Assembly: GCA_964513715.1 (NCBI GenBank)
Contig: CAZEOP010000001.1
Span: 1 to 60,844 of the forward strand
DNA length: 60,844 nucleotides
Source of the DNA: an uncultured Gordonia sp.
GTDB taxonomy: Bacteria; Actinomycetota; Actinomycetes; Mycobacteriales; Mycobacteriaceae
Direction: 5' to 3'
Below, piece by piece: positions 10,487 to 21,388 of this stretch (position 1 is the stretch's first letter; each line of letters starts with the position of its first letter). The position numbers were made by a program, and so were the translations under genes. The notes beneath the pieces are model-generated. The model was not told where the DNA came from, made no database searches, and saw only the letters and a list, made by a program, of their open reading frames with translations.

Positions 10487-11392
10487 GTGCGACTCAATTT
10501 CATCCTCAGCGAGGTCTTCAACGGCTTCCGCCGCAACCTCACCATGACCATCGCGATGATCCTGACCACCGCGGTGACCCTGGGCATGCTGGGCGGCGGC
10601 CTGCTGGTGATCCAGATGGCCGAGAAGAGCCAGAAGATCTTCCTCGACCGCGTCGAGATGCAGTTCTTCATCAACGACGACGTGACCAAGGCCGACGCCA
10701 ACTGCACCCAGGATCCGTGCGCGCGGGTCAAGCAGGAGATCGCCGACGAGCCGGGCGTCGCCTCGGTGACCTACATCAGTCAGCGGCAGGCCTACGAGAC
10801 CGCGAAGGCCTCCTGGCAGCAGGACTCGCCGGAGCTGGCCGAGTTCATCCGCCCGGAGAGCTACCAGGCGGCCCTGCGGGTGCGCGTCTCCGATCCGCAG
10901 CGCTTCGGGCCGGTGCTCGACAAGTTCAAACGGGCCGACGGCATCGACGGCGTTCTGGATCAGCGCGAGCTGGTCAAACGCATCTTCAGCGTGCTCGACG
11001 GCGCGCGGAATGCGGCCTTCGTGATCGCCGCGGTGCTGGCCGTGGCCGCGATCCTGCTGATCGTGAATACGGTGCAGATCGCCGCATACACTCGGCGCAC
11101 GGAGGTGTCGATCATGCGCCTGGTCGGTGCCACCAGGTGGTACACGCAGCTGCCGTTCCTGCTGGAGGCGGTGATCGCGGCGGTGATCGGTGCGCTGCTG
11201 GCCATCGGCGGACTGTTCCTGGGGAAGGTTTTCTTCTTCGACAAAGCGCTCGGCGACCTCTACGGTGTGAACATTCTGGCGCGCATCACCGCGGCCGACG
11301 TCTGGTTCGTCTCGCCGTGGCTGTTGCTGGCCGGCGTGGTGCTGGCCGGCGTGACGGCCTACGGCACGTTGCGCGTCTACGTTCGCGAGTGA
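10487..11392 (+). CDS. ftsX: Cell division permease FtsX
   Basis: RRNLTMTIAMILTT, RRTEVSIMRLVGATRWYTQLPFLLE. Confidence 0.96.
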   Translation: MRLNFILSEVFNGFRRNLTMTIAMILTTAVTLGMLGGGLLVIQMAEKSQKIFLDRVEMQFFINDDVTKADANCTQDPCARVKQEIADEPGVASVTYISQRQAYETAKASWQQDSPELAEFIRPESYQAALRVRVSDPQRFGPVLDKFKRADGIDGVLDQRELVKRIFSVLDGARNAAFVIAAVLAVAAILLIVNTVQIAAYTRRTEVSIMRLVGATRWYTQLPFLLEAVIAAVIGALLAIGGLFLGKVFFFDKALGDLYGVNILARITAADVWFVSPWLLLAGVVLAGVTAYGTLRVYVRE

Positions 11393-11432
11393 GTCCGGCT
11401 CCCCAGTGAGTCGTTTCAGGTAAGGAGTCTCG

Positions 11433-11906
11433 GTGCCCAGGGAGAAGGGCCGGTCGGTGATCGCCACCAACCGGAAGGCGCGGCACAACTACACGATCCT
11501 CGAAGAGTTCGAGACGGGGATCGTGCTGCAGGGCACCGAGGTGAAGGCGCTGCGGCAGGGCAAGGCCTCGCTGGTCGACGCCTTCGCCACGCTGGAGAAC
11601 GGCGAGGTGTGGCTGCACGCGCTGCACATCGCCGAGTACGGGCAGGGCTCGTGGACCAACCATCCGGTGCGCCGCAAGCGCAAGCTGCTGATGCATCGCC
11701 GGGAGATCGACCACCTCATCGGCAAGATGCAGGACGGCAATCTGACGCTGGTGCCGCTGGACATGCACTTCACCGACGGCTACGCCAAGGTGCAGCTGGC
11801 GCTGGCGCGCGGTAAGCAGGCGCACGACAAGCGCCGCGACATCGCCGAGCGCACCGCCAAGCGCGAGGTGGAGCGCGAACTCGGGCGCCGCGTCAAGGGC
11901 ATGTGA
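11433..11906 (+). CDS. smpB: SsrA-binding protein
   Basis: [38 protein letters not shown]. Confidence 0.98.
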   Translation: MPREKGRSVIATNRKARHNYTILEEFETGIVLQGTEVKALRQGKASLVDAFATLENGEVWLHALHIAEYGQGSWTNHPVRRKRKLLMHRREIDHLIGKMQDGNLTLVPLDMHFTDGYAKVQLALARGKQAHDKRRDIAERTAKREVERELGRRVKGM

Positions 11907-12688
11907 TGCCCGGGGGCCGCACTGCTGTCCGCGCGGCGTCGGCCGCGCTCGCCGTGCTGCTGGTGCTGACCGGCTGCGCCGGGCCTGTGCGCTCGCCCGA
12001 GGCCGCCGCGCCGCCGGTGCTCGGCTTCCTGGTCGGCTACGCCGGGGAGTGCTCCTCGCCGGGCGGTGAGATCACCGTGGCGCAGATCCGGGCGCAGGCC
12101 GATGCGCTGGTCGCGACCGGGCTGCGCGAGGCCGGCTATCGTACGTTGTTCGTCGCGTGCGACGGACCGGTGCCCGCGGTCGACGACGCCGCGCTGCGCG
12201 CCCGGCTCGACGAGCAGGACCTCACCGTGCAGCGGGTGGCGGTGGACGATCGCCGGATCGCCGCGGTGATCCCGGCGGGGGTGCCGAACGTGGTGCGCTC
12301 GCAGATGACGCGGCGATTGATGCTGGCCGAGTCGCTGGTGTTCAGCGGCGAACTGGGCGCGATCCCGCCCGAGTGCATCGACCTGATCGGCAATCGCGAG
12401 GTGATCGCGCTGGTGCTCGACGGCCGGCGGGCACCGGGCGCCCCGGTGGGCGAGGGGCACGACGTCTATTCGCGCGCGGTCGGGGAGTCCGGCCTGCTGG
12501 TATCGCTGAGTCGGCGCGGCCCGGACTCGCCGTCGACCGTCTCGGTGCCCATCGCCGAGCTGAACCTGGCCGGTGACGACACCGTCCCGGCCACCGAGGT
12601 GTGGACCGGTCGCCGCCTGCACTCCGTCGACGGGCGCTTCTCGGTGGATCTGCCGCCCGGCGACACCGCCCTCCTGCGTATCGGCTGA
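11906..12688 (+). CDS. Lipoprotein with degenerate GH27 alpha-galactosidase-like segments
   Basis: Lipobox LTGC; IRAQADALVATGLREAGY, NREVIAL and EVWTG resemble GH27 segments; far shorter than a full GH27. Confidence 0.6.
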   Translation: MPGGRTAVRAASAALAVLLVLTGCAGPVRSPEAAAPPVLGFLVGYAGECSSPGGEITVAQIRAQADALVATGLREAGYRTLFVACDGPVPAVDDAALRARLDEQDLTVQRVAVDDRRIAAVIPAGVPNVVRSQMTRRLMLAESLVFSGELGAIPPECIDLIGNREVIALVLDGRRAPGAPVGEGHDVYSRAVGESGLLVSLSRRGPDSPSTVSVPIAELNLAGDDTVPATEVWTGRRLHSVDGRFSVDLPPGDTALLRIG

Positions 12689-12899
12689 TCGATGTCCGAC
12701 GCGGCGTTCGCGCGCACCCGTCTCGTCGATGCATCGCCGATCGGGTGCGCGCACCCGAAACGGAAGCGCGCAAAGTCGGAAAATGTGCGCGGAGCCGCCG
12801 ACGCCGACGCGGCTCGCGGACGGCGGCGGAGAGTATCGGGATGATTTTCGGTGCCGGGCGCGTTAGCATGGGTAGTCCGCCAAATCGGTGGACTACCTC

Positions 12900-13271
12900 G
12901 GGGCTGATCGGTTTCGACTACGTGCATCGAGGTAGGGGAAGCGTGTCGGTGCAGGCTGGAGACCACCGTGAGCGTCGCAGCAACCAATTAAGCGCCGATT
13001 CCAATCAGCGCGACTACGCCCTCGCTGCCTGATCAGCGAGGCTAGTCTGTCGGCCCGGAACTCTGTTCCCGGTTCCGGATGCCGGCATCAGCTAGGGAAC
13101 TCACCGTCGCCGCCGGTCGCGGGTGGAGGCGGGAAATCCAACAGCGACTGGGATCGTCATCCCCGGCTCGTCCGTGAGACCGAGGAGATCCGAGTAGAGA
13201 CGTAGCGGACTGCACACGGAGAAGCCCTACCGAAGTGACGGAGGACCCGGGTTCAATTCCCGGCAGCTCCA
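12900..13271 (+). ncRNA. ssrA: tmRNA; tag ORF 12994-13032 encodes ADSNQRDYALAA
   Basis: 5' GGGGCTGATCGGTTTCGAC; 3' T-arm GGTTCAATTCC and CAGCTCCA; tag peptide; downstream of smpB. Confidence 0.97.
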
Positions 13272-13279
13272 CTCGAGGA

Positions 13280-13311
13280 AAGGTCCCTCACCCGACAGGG
13301 TGAGGGACCTT
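13280..13311 (+). terminator. ssrA terminator
   Basis: AAGGTCCCTCACCC-GACA-GGGTGAGGGACCTT perfect stem. Confidence 0.85.
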
Positions 13312-13541
13312 CTCGTTTCGGTGGGAGCGAGCGTTTGCCCAGCTCGCGCATCCCGCGATTACGGACCGTAATCTTCCTTCTTGCTTCTACCTGCGGTTTT
13401 GAGAATCGACGACGGTCAAGACGGCGGTGCGTGTATATCGTGGCGGGCGGCCCGAATCGGGCTCACGGCGGCCGCCTCGAGAGTGGCGGCCGGGCAGGTG
13501 TTTCTAAGACCGATCACGAAACTGGAGCGGGGGTCCCTCGG

Positions 13542-13889
13542 ATGGGCGAAAAGATACTGGTTGTGCTGTTGGCCGTCTTCGCGTACCCGATCATGTGGTT
13601 CAGCAAGGCGACGACATGGGTGGCGGACAAGCTTGGAATAGACCCGTTTTACGTCGTGGCGACCGTCGTCGTTCTGCCGCTGTGGGTATTCGCGCTACTG
13701 GACGTGCTGTACCGGGAGCCGGGGACGGCTCCGCCGGTGATGGACGTCGGCTACCTGGTCGTTGGCGGCCTGTTCCTGGGCTATGTCTTCTTCTCGGCGG
13801 CGCTGACCCTCGTTACGAAGAACGACGCGCATCGCGTGGCTGCCGAGGACATTCCCGCGCCGGCGGGGGAGAACAATGACGGCGAGTAG
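13542..13889 (+). CDS. Small hypothetical membrane protein (about 3 TM)
   Basis: Hydrophobic ORF from ATG 13542; less GC-biased codons. Confidence 0.55.
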   Translation: MGEKILVVLLAVFAYPIMWFSKATTWVADKLGIDPFYVVATVVVLPLWVFALLDVLYREPGTAPPVMDVGYLVVGGLFLGYVFFSAALTLVTKNDAHRVAAEDIPAPAGENNDGE

Positions 13890-13999
13890 CCGACCGCGGC
13901 CGTCGATGAGGCGTCGCGCCGTTGATCAGCCGGTGGGGATCGTGCCGGTGGTGATCGTGGACGGGCCGAGGCCGCGCGGAGCCGGGCGAAGTGTGCCGA

Positions 14000-14593
14000 T
14001 CAGAGGCGAACGCCGCGCTTGTTGAGCCAGGCGACCGGGTTGATCGGGGTGCGGTCGGTGTTCCACACCTCGTAGTGCAGGTGCGGGCCGGTGGAGTTTC
14101 CACGGTTGCCCATGGTGCCGATCTGCTGGCCGGCACGCAGCTTCTGACCGGTGCGGACGAGGATCTGGTCGACGTGGCCGAAGATGCCGGTGGTGCCGTC
14201 GTCCTGCCGGACCCGGATCCACAGTCCGTAGCCCGAGGCCGGGCCGGCTTCGATCACTACGCCGTCGGTCACCGCGCGCACCGGGGTGCCGATCCGGTTG
14301 GCGATGTCCACGCCGTTGTGATGGGTGCCCCACCGGGCGCCGAACGACGAGGTGACGGTCCCGTTGGCCGGCTTGACCGCGCGCGCCCGGAGGATTCCGG
14401 GCGGCAGCAGGTCGCCGAGCGCGTTGTCGAGTTGCTCCGGCAGCTGCACGCCGTCGGGAAGGGTGAACGCCGGGGCCGGGGCCGGGGCGGCGGCGGCGGT
14501 GCCGGCGGTGGACAGTCCGATCGCGCCGGCGAGGGCGGCGCCGAGTGCGGCGAGAGTCAGGGGGCTGGCAGCGATTACGCGATGTCGAGACAC
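14000..14593 (-). CDS. Secreted M23 family peptidoglycan metallopeptidase
   Basis: Signal peptide; HNGVD and GNSTGPHLHYEV motifs. Confidence 0.93.
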   Translation of the reverse strand: MSRHRVIAASPLTLAALGAALAGAIGLSTAGTAAAAPAPAPAFTLPDGVQLPEQLDNALGDLLPPGILRARAVKPANGTVTSSFGARWGTHHNGVDIANRIGTPVRAVTDGVVIEAGPASGYGLWIRVRQDDGTTGIFGHVDQILVRTGQKLRAGQQIGTMGNRGNSTGPHLHYEVWNTDRTPINPVAWLNKRGVRL

Positions 14594-14683
14594 AGTCTGG
14601 GGCCGTTCGGGTCTAGATAACGTTTTGGAAACGTTGAGGACACAGCGAGGCTACTAGATCGACGACGGTGTGCGCCAGCCGGG

Positions 14684-15343
14684 TCAGCCTTCGCCGACGG
14701 CCCGGGTCTTCGCCTCGTCGGCGTCGCCGCGCGCCCAGCGGGGGAGGATGAAGATGCCCTCGGCCTCGACGGTGACGCCGTCGGCGGTGCTCACGGTGCC
14801 CTTGGCGATGGACTTCACGCCCTCCACCCTGTCGAGCCAGGCCGATACGGTGATCGGTCCCAGGACGGTGGCCTGCCGGTAGCGCAGGGTCAGGGTGCCG
14901 GTCATGCCGGGGGCGCCGGCGTTCTCGGCGGCCGAGCCGAGCGCCTGATCCAGGATCGCGGCGACGATGCCGCCGTGCACCAGGCCGGCCGGGCCCTCGT
15001 AGGCGGCGCCGAGGTGGGCGGTGGCGGTGAGCTTCTGGCCGTCGTAGTGCATCCGCAGCGGGGGAGCGACGGGGTTGCGCAGCCCGCACACGGCATTGCC
15101 CCAGTTGCGCTTGCCCGCGGTCTCGCTGAACCGGACGCCGAAGGCGCCGTCCAACTGCGCGCGGCGCAGCAGTGCGGTGGCCGCGGCGATGTGCTCGCGG
15201 GCCGAGGCGACCGTCTCGTCGTCCACCTCGGTCCGCACGGTGGCGTCCACCAGATCGCGCATGTCACCGGCCAGCCCCTCGGCGACGGCCGTGATGTGGG
15301 CCAACTCGCCGGCGGTGATCTCTTCGGTCGTGTACCTGCTCAT
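14684..15343 (-). CDS. PaaI/hotdog-fold thioesterase
   Basis: NPVAPP, YEGPAGLVHGGIVAAILD, TGTLTLRY. Confidence 0.9.
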   Translation of the reverse strand: MSRYTTEEITAGELAHITAVAEGLAGDMRDLVDATVRTEVDDETVASAREHIAAATALLRRAQLDGAFGVRFSETAGKRNWGNAVCGLRNPVAPPLRMHYDGQKLTATAHLGAAYEGPAGLVHGGIVAAILDQALGSAAENAGAPGMTGTLTLRYRQATVLGPITVSAWLDRVEGVKSIAKGTVSTADGVTVEAEGIFILPRWARGDADEAKTRAVGEG

Positions 15344-15458
15344 GGACCATGTCTACCAAGCGGGATTCATCGGGCCGGCGGCCGCGTCGTAAACGCACGA
15401 TCCCCCGGACGCTCCGCCGACGGTACGGCGGGCGCCCGGGGGACCCGAGACTCCGGTA

Positions 15459-15545
15459 CTACTTGGTGCCGGAGAAGAGAATCAGCAGTGCCTGCAGCAC
15501 ATCCGGATTGTCCTGCAGCAACGCCCACAGACTCTGATCGAACAT
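15459..15545 (-). CDS. Small 28-aa peptide MFDQSLWALLQDNPDVLQALLILFSGTK
   Basis: Strong SD GAGAGGAGG 8 nt before ATG; GC3-biased codons; below the ORF-track cutoff. Confidence 0.6.
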   Translation of the reverse strand: MFDQSLWALLQDNPDVLQALLILFSGTK

Positions 15546-15675
15546 GTCGTCGGCCTCCTCTCATGTCGTACATGCGGACGACACCACACTTACCAGCCGG
15601 TGCGCACGACGTCGAGCGCCAACGGCAGCGGCGGCCGGGCGTCGGACCGGAAGAAGGGTCAGCTCGCGGACGCGG

Positions 15676-17070
15676 TCAGCGCCCAGACGCGGGCTTCGGG
15701 TCGCGGGCGAACCAGCCGACGGCGAGCAGGCCGAGCACCGCGAGGATGCTGAGCGGGATCAGGTACCAGCGGTTCTTCTTCTCGACGGTGTCGCCGGCGG
15801 CCCGGGCCGCGGCCTCGGCGCTGGACTCGCCTTGACCGAAGCCCTCGCCGTAGTTCTCGCCGAGCGGCGACTGTGCGCCCGGCGCCTTCTCGGCGGGCGA
15901 GAAGAGCGGACTCGGCCCGACGTTGAAGGCGATCTCGGTGACGTTCCCGGTGCGCTCGGTGGTGAGCTTGGCGGTGTACTCGCCGACCGCCTGGTGCACA
16001 TCCGCCATCAGCAGCACGGCGGCCTGGCCGTCGCGGTCCGCGGCAACGATCGGCTGGACCGAGAAGGGCGCGGGACCGTCGACGGCGATCGAGTACTTGT
16101 CGAGCGGCTGCGCGCCGGTCAGCGTGATCTGGGCGGTCTCGAACTGGTCGATCGCCTCGCGGTCGAGGGTCAGCGTGGTGCCGTCGGACGGATCGAAATC
16201 GATCGGCGTCCAGGCGTCGTTGTCCTTGTCCGTCGCGCCCGGATCGGTGGGATAGGCGGCCAGGTAGCACTCGGTCTGTAGGCAGTTGACGGTGCCGATC
16301 TTGGGCGAGACCGCAACGGTGGCGACGAAGCGGCCGCGCGCATCGGCGGTGACCGGGATCGGCTCGCGGTGTGCGCCGGGCCGGCCATCGTCAGGGCGGG
16401 CGACGGTCTGCGCCAGCTGCAGCTTGCTGCCGCGGACGAAGCCGCTGCCCGTCACCATCACCTCGCTGCCCTCGCGGAGGGCCTCGTGCGGGGCGACGAC
16501 GAGGGTCGGACCGGTGCCGTCGCGGAAGCTCAGCGGCGCTACCGCGTCCTGGCTGCGGTCCAGCGTGCCGGCCGGGGGCGCGGCGACGGCCGCGATGGTG
16601 CAGCGGGCGGTGACGCAGTTGATCCGGCCGAAGCTCTGCCGCACGATGATCTGCGCGGTGAACTGCCCGGACCGGTCGGTGGTCACCTGCTGACGGCCGG
16701 TGTACGAGACCGGGAGGCCGGTGCGCGGCAGGGCGACGGTCTGCATCACCAACAGCCGGGTGTTGGCCTTGAAACCGGTGCCGTGCACCGCCACGACGTC
16801 GCCGCCGAGCAGGTCGGTGGCCGGATCGAGGGCCAGCGCCGGGCCGCTGGGCGTCGCCGCTGCGATGCCGGCCGAACCGGGCAGGGCGAGGCCGGCCAGG
16901 CTCAGCACGAGCGCACCCAGCAGCGCGGTGAGGACCGCGACGGGGCGACGGCGTCGTGCGGTGTGGCGCAGCGCGGTATGCGGTGCGGCGGTACGGCGGG
17001 GCGCGGTATGCGGAAGCGCGGTGTGGTGCGGGCGCCTCGACGGCTCCGCGGCGCAGGTCAATGGTGACAT
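15676..17070 (-). CDS. Surface protein with two neocarzinostatin-apoprotein-like Ig domains and a C-terminal TM anchor
   Basis: Repeats (V/D)P..(L)..G..V.V.G.GF...Q...VT.D..G.F...V...NC....C; signal peptide; C-terminal hydrophobic helix; TAGACT -10. Confidence 0.75.
   Translation of the reverse strand: MSPLTCAAEPSRRPHHTALPHTAPRRTAAPHTALRHTARRRRPVAVLTALLGALVLSLAGLALPGSAGIAAATPSGPALALDPATDLLGGDVVAVHGTGFKANTRLLVMQTVALPRTGLPVSYTGRQQVTTDRSGQFTAQIIVRQSFGRINCVTARCTIAAVAAPPAGTLDRSQDAVAPLSFRDGTGPTLVVAPHEALREGSEVMVTGSGFVRGSKLQLAQTVARPDDGRPGAHREPIPVTADARGRFVATVAVSPKIGTVNCLQTECYLAAYPTDPGATDKDNDAWTPIDFDPSDGTTLTLDREAIDQFETAQITLTGAQPLDKYSIAVDGPAPFSVQPIVAADRDGQAAVLLMADVHQAVGEYTAKLTTERTGNVTEIAFNVGPSPLFSPAEKAPGAQSPLGENYGEGFGQGESSAEAAARAAGDTVEKKNRWYLIPLSILAVLGLLAVGWFARDPKPASGR
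16956..17030. repeat. Degenerate 15-bp tandem repeat (HTALP/HTAPR units)
   Basis: About five units such as GCGCGGTATGCGG in the N-terminal extension. Confidence 0.6.
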
Positions 17071-17234
17071 CGCCGGTCAGTCTACGGCGCGGATGCCGCC
17101 GGATCGGCCCGCGCCGGACAAGGCGGCACGAATCGTGCCAGGTGCGGCGCGGGCGGTGTCACGAAGACGCGTTCCATCCGGCCGCGGACGGCGACCGGAC
17201 GGAACGCGACGAGCGGGCAGGGGCCCGCCGGCCG

Positions 17235-18881
17235 TCAGAGTTCGAGGCCGTTGACGACCTCGTACAGGCCCTCGGCGTAGTGCTGGCGCACCCGCTTCTT
17301 GTCGAACTTGCCGACCGAGGTCTTGGGCACCTCCTGGCCGAACGACCAGCGCTCGGGCACCTGCCAGCGCGGAACCCGCTCCTCCAGCCAGGCGCGCATG
17401 GTCGGCACGTCCAGTTCCGCACCCTCGCGCACCACGGCCAGCACGAACGGCCGCTCGTCCCACTTCGGGTCGGGCACGCCGATCACCGTGCACTCCAGGA
17501 TGTCCGGGTGCGCGGCGATGGTGTTCTCCAGGTCGACCGACGAGATCCACTCGCCGCCGGTCTTGATGATGTCCTTGGTGCGGTCGACGATCGTCATGTA
17601 GCCGTCCGGGCTGATGGTGGCCACATCGCCGGTGCGCAGCCAGCCGTCGTGGAACTTCGACGGATCGGCGACATTGCCCTCCGGCGAGTAGTAGGCGCCG
17701 GTGATCCACGGCCCGGACACCTCGAGCTCGCCGCTGGCCTCGCCGTCGTTCGGCAGGATGTTGCCGTCCGGGTCGACGATGCGGGCGGCCACCGGGGCCG
17801 GGAAGCGGCCCTGGGTGACGCGGTACGCGAAGGCGGCCTCGTCGTCGGTGACGCCGGCGGGCACTCGGGCCACCGAGCCGAGCGGCGAGGTCTCGGTCAT
17901 GCCCCACGCGTGGATGATCGGGGCGCCGTAGTCGTCGAACTTCCGGATCATGGACGCCGGCACCGCGGATCCGCCGACCACCACCGCGCGCAGGTGCGAG
18001 ATGTCCTGCGGCTGGGCGTCGAGCAGGGCCGAGACGCCCGACCAGATGGTCGGGACGGCGGCGGTCATCGTCGGCTTGGCCGAGGCCATGATCGCCAGCA
18101 GCGGCTCGGGCTGCAGGAAGCGGTCCGGGTGGATCAGGCTGGCGCCGGACAGCATCGCGGCGTACGGCATGCCCCAGCTCATGGCGTGGAACATCGGCAC
18201 GATCACCAGTGCGGTGTCGTCGTTGGCCAGGGCCATGCCGTTCGAGGCGACCACCTGGAACGAGTGCAGGTAGATGGAGCGGTGCGAGTAGACGACGCCC
18301 TTCGGGTCGCCGGTGGTGCCGGAGGTGTAGCACATGGCCGCGGCCGCGCGCTCGTCCAGTTCGGGCCACGCGTACTCGGTCGACCGGCCGTCCAGCAGCG
18401 AGTCCCAGGTGTGCACGGTGACGCCGTCGGGGACGGTGATCGCCTCGGCGGGACCGTTGGTGACCACGACGTGCTGGATCGACGGCACGCTCGGCAGGTA
18501 GTTCTGCAGCAGCGGGGCGACGCTGGCGTCGACGAACACCACCTTGTCCTCGGCGTGATTCATGATGTAGACGGCCTGCTCGGGCGAAAGCCGCAGGTTC
18601 AGGGTGTGCAGCACCGCGCCCATCGACGGGATGGCCGCGTAGAGCACCTGGTGCTCGTTGTTGTTCCACATGAAGGTGGCGACCCGGTCGCCGATCCCGA
18701 TGCCGAGGTCGGCGAGCGCATTCGCGACGCGGGCCGCCTGGTCGCCGATCTCGGCGAAGCTGGCGGTGCGTAGTTCCGAGCCGGTCCAGGTGCTGACGGT
18801 GGCCTCGGGATAGAACTTGCGACTGTGCTCCAGCAGGCTGCTGATGGTCAGCGCACCCTCTTGCATCGTCGACTGGATCAT
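17235..18881 (-). CDS. Fatty-acid--CoA ligase (AMP-binding, AlkK/FadD14-like)
   Basis: YTSGTTGDPKGVVYSH, AWGMTETSP, GWLRTGD, DRTKDIIKTGGEWISS, PKTSVGKFDK. Confidence 0.95.
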   Translation of the reverse strand: MIQSTMQEGALTISSLLEHSRKFYPEATVSTWTGSELRTASFAEIGDQAARVANALADLGIGIGDRVATFMWNNNEHQVLYAAIPSMGAVLHTLNLRLSPEQAVYIMNHAEDKVVFVDASVAPLLQNYLPSVPSIQHVVVTNGPAEAITVPDGVTVHTWDSLLDGRSTEYAWPELDERAAAAMCYTSGTTGDPKGVVYSHRSIYLHSFQVVASNGMALANDDTALVIVPMFHAMSWGMPYAAMLSGASLIHPDRFLQPEPLLAIMASAKPTMTAAVPTIWSGVSALLDAQPQDISHLRAVVVGGSAVPASMIRKFDDYGAPIIHAWGMTETSPLGSVARVPAGVTDDEAAFAYRVTQGRFPAPVAARIVDPDGNILPNDGEASGELEVSGPWITGAYYSPEGNVADPSKFHDGWLRTGDVATISPDGYMTIVDRTKDIIKTGGEWISSVDLENTIAAHPDILECTVIGVPDPKWDERPFVLAVVREGAELDVPTMRAWLEERVPRWQVPERWSFGQEVPKTSVGKFDKKRVRQHYAEGLYEVVNGLEL

Positions 18882-19024
18882 CTGGATCGGACTCCCTCTT
18901 CTGGTGTGATCGCGTGGCGGCCACGCCCGCGGCTGTGGCCTCCCTCACGGTAGTCGCAGACGGGCGCGCCCGACAGGACTTGCCCGTGCGGCGCTGTCCG
19001 ATCCGCCCGGATTCCGCGGGGTGG

Positions 19025-19612
19025 TCAGGGGCGATCCAATGCGCGAGCGATGAAGTCGAGGGACCGCCCGTGCCAGAGTCCGAGGTGGTCGAGCATGGCG
19101 TGCCCGCCGCCGGGGACCGGGACGAATTCGGCGTCCACGCCGCGTTCACGCAGTTCGGCGATCCCCTTCTCGGTGCGCCGGGGCCGGGTGACGGTGTCGT
19201 GTTCGCCGTGGATCGCCAGCACGCGGGCGTCGTCGTGGATGTAGCGCCAGTCGGCGAACTGCCACCACGGTGCCAGCGCCAGGATGTCGCTGACCTGCTC
19301 GTCGGCGCCGAGTTGGGCGACGATGCGTCCGCCCATCGAATGCCCGATCAGGGCGATCGGGGTGTCCGGGTAGCGCTGTTCGAGGCGCTCGAGCGCGTGG
19401 CGGGCGTGGGGCATGGGGCTGGCCTGGCCGCCGTTCCAGCCGTAGACGCGATAGGTCGCGTGGTGCACGCGCACGGCCGGGCCGAAGCGCGCCTGGATCG
19501 ACAGCCCGAACGGATACATCCGCAGCGCCGACGGCTGTGTCCGGGAGAACGGCCGGTAGCTGAAATCGGTGCCGCCGGGGGCGACGAGGACGGCGAGCCG
19601 GGGCGAGCGCAT
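19025..19612 (-). CDS. Alpha/beta hydrolase
   Basis: GHSMGG nucleophile elbow, HGEHD, GGGHAML. Confidence 0.88.
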   Translation of the reverse strand: MRSPRLAVLVAPGGTDFSYRPFSRTQPSALRMYPFGLSIQARFGPAVRVHHATYRVYGWNGGQASPMPHARHALERLEQRYPDTPIALIGHSMGGRIVAQLGADEQVSDILALAPWWQFADWRYIHDDARVLAIHGEHDTVTRPRRTEKGIAELRERGVDAEFVPVPGGGHAMLDHLGLWHGRSLDFIARALDRP

Positions 19613-19665
19613 GCCCGCCACTGTAAGTGACACCGGTCCGCGGCGCCGGTGGCAGAATCGGCCGC

Positions 19666-21312
<1,647 letters not shown>

Positions 21313-21321
21313 GCCGCGCGC

Positions 21322-21348
21322 GGGTCTGGGTCTGGGTCTGGGTCTGGG
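21322..21348. repeat. Hexanucleotide microsatellite (GGGTCT)x4.5
   Basis: gggtctgggtctgggtctgggtctggg in the pgm-dsbA spacer. Confidence 0.9.
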
Positions 21349-21388
21349 CGCAGCCGTCCGCTGTCGTGGCCCGGCTAGAGTCGCAGGG

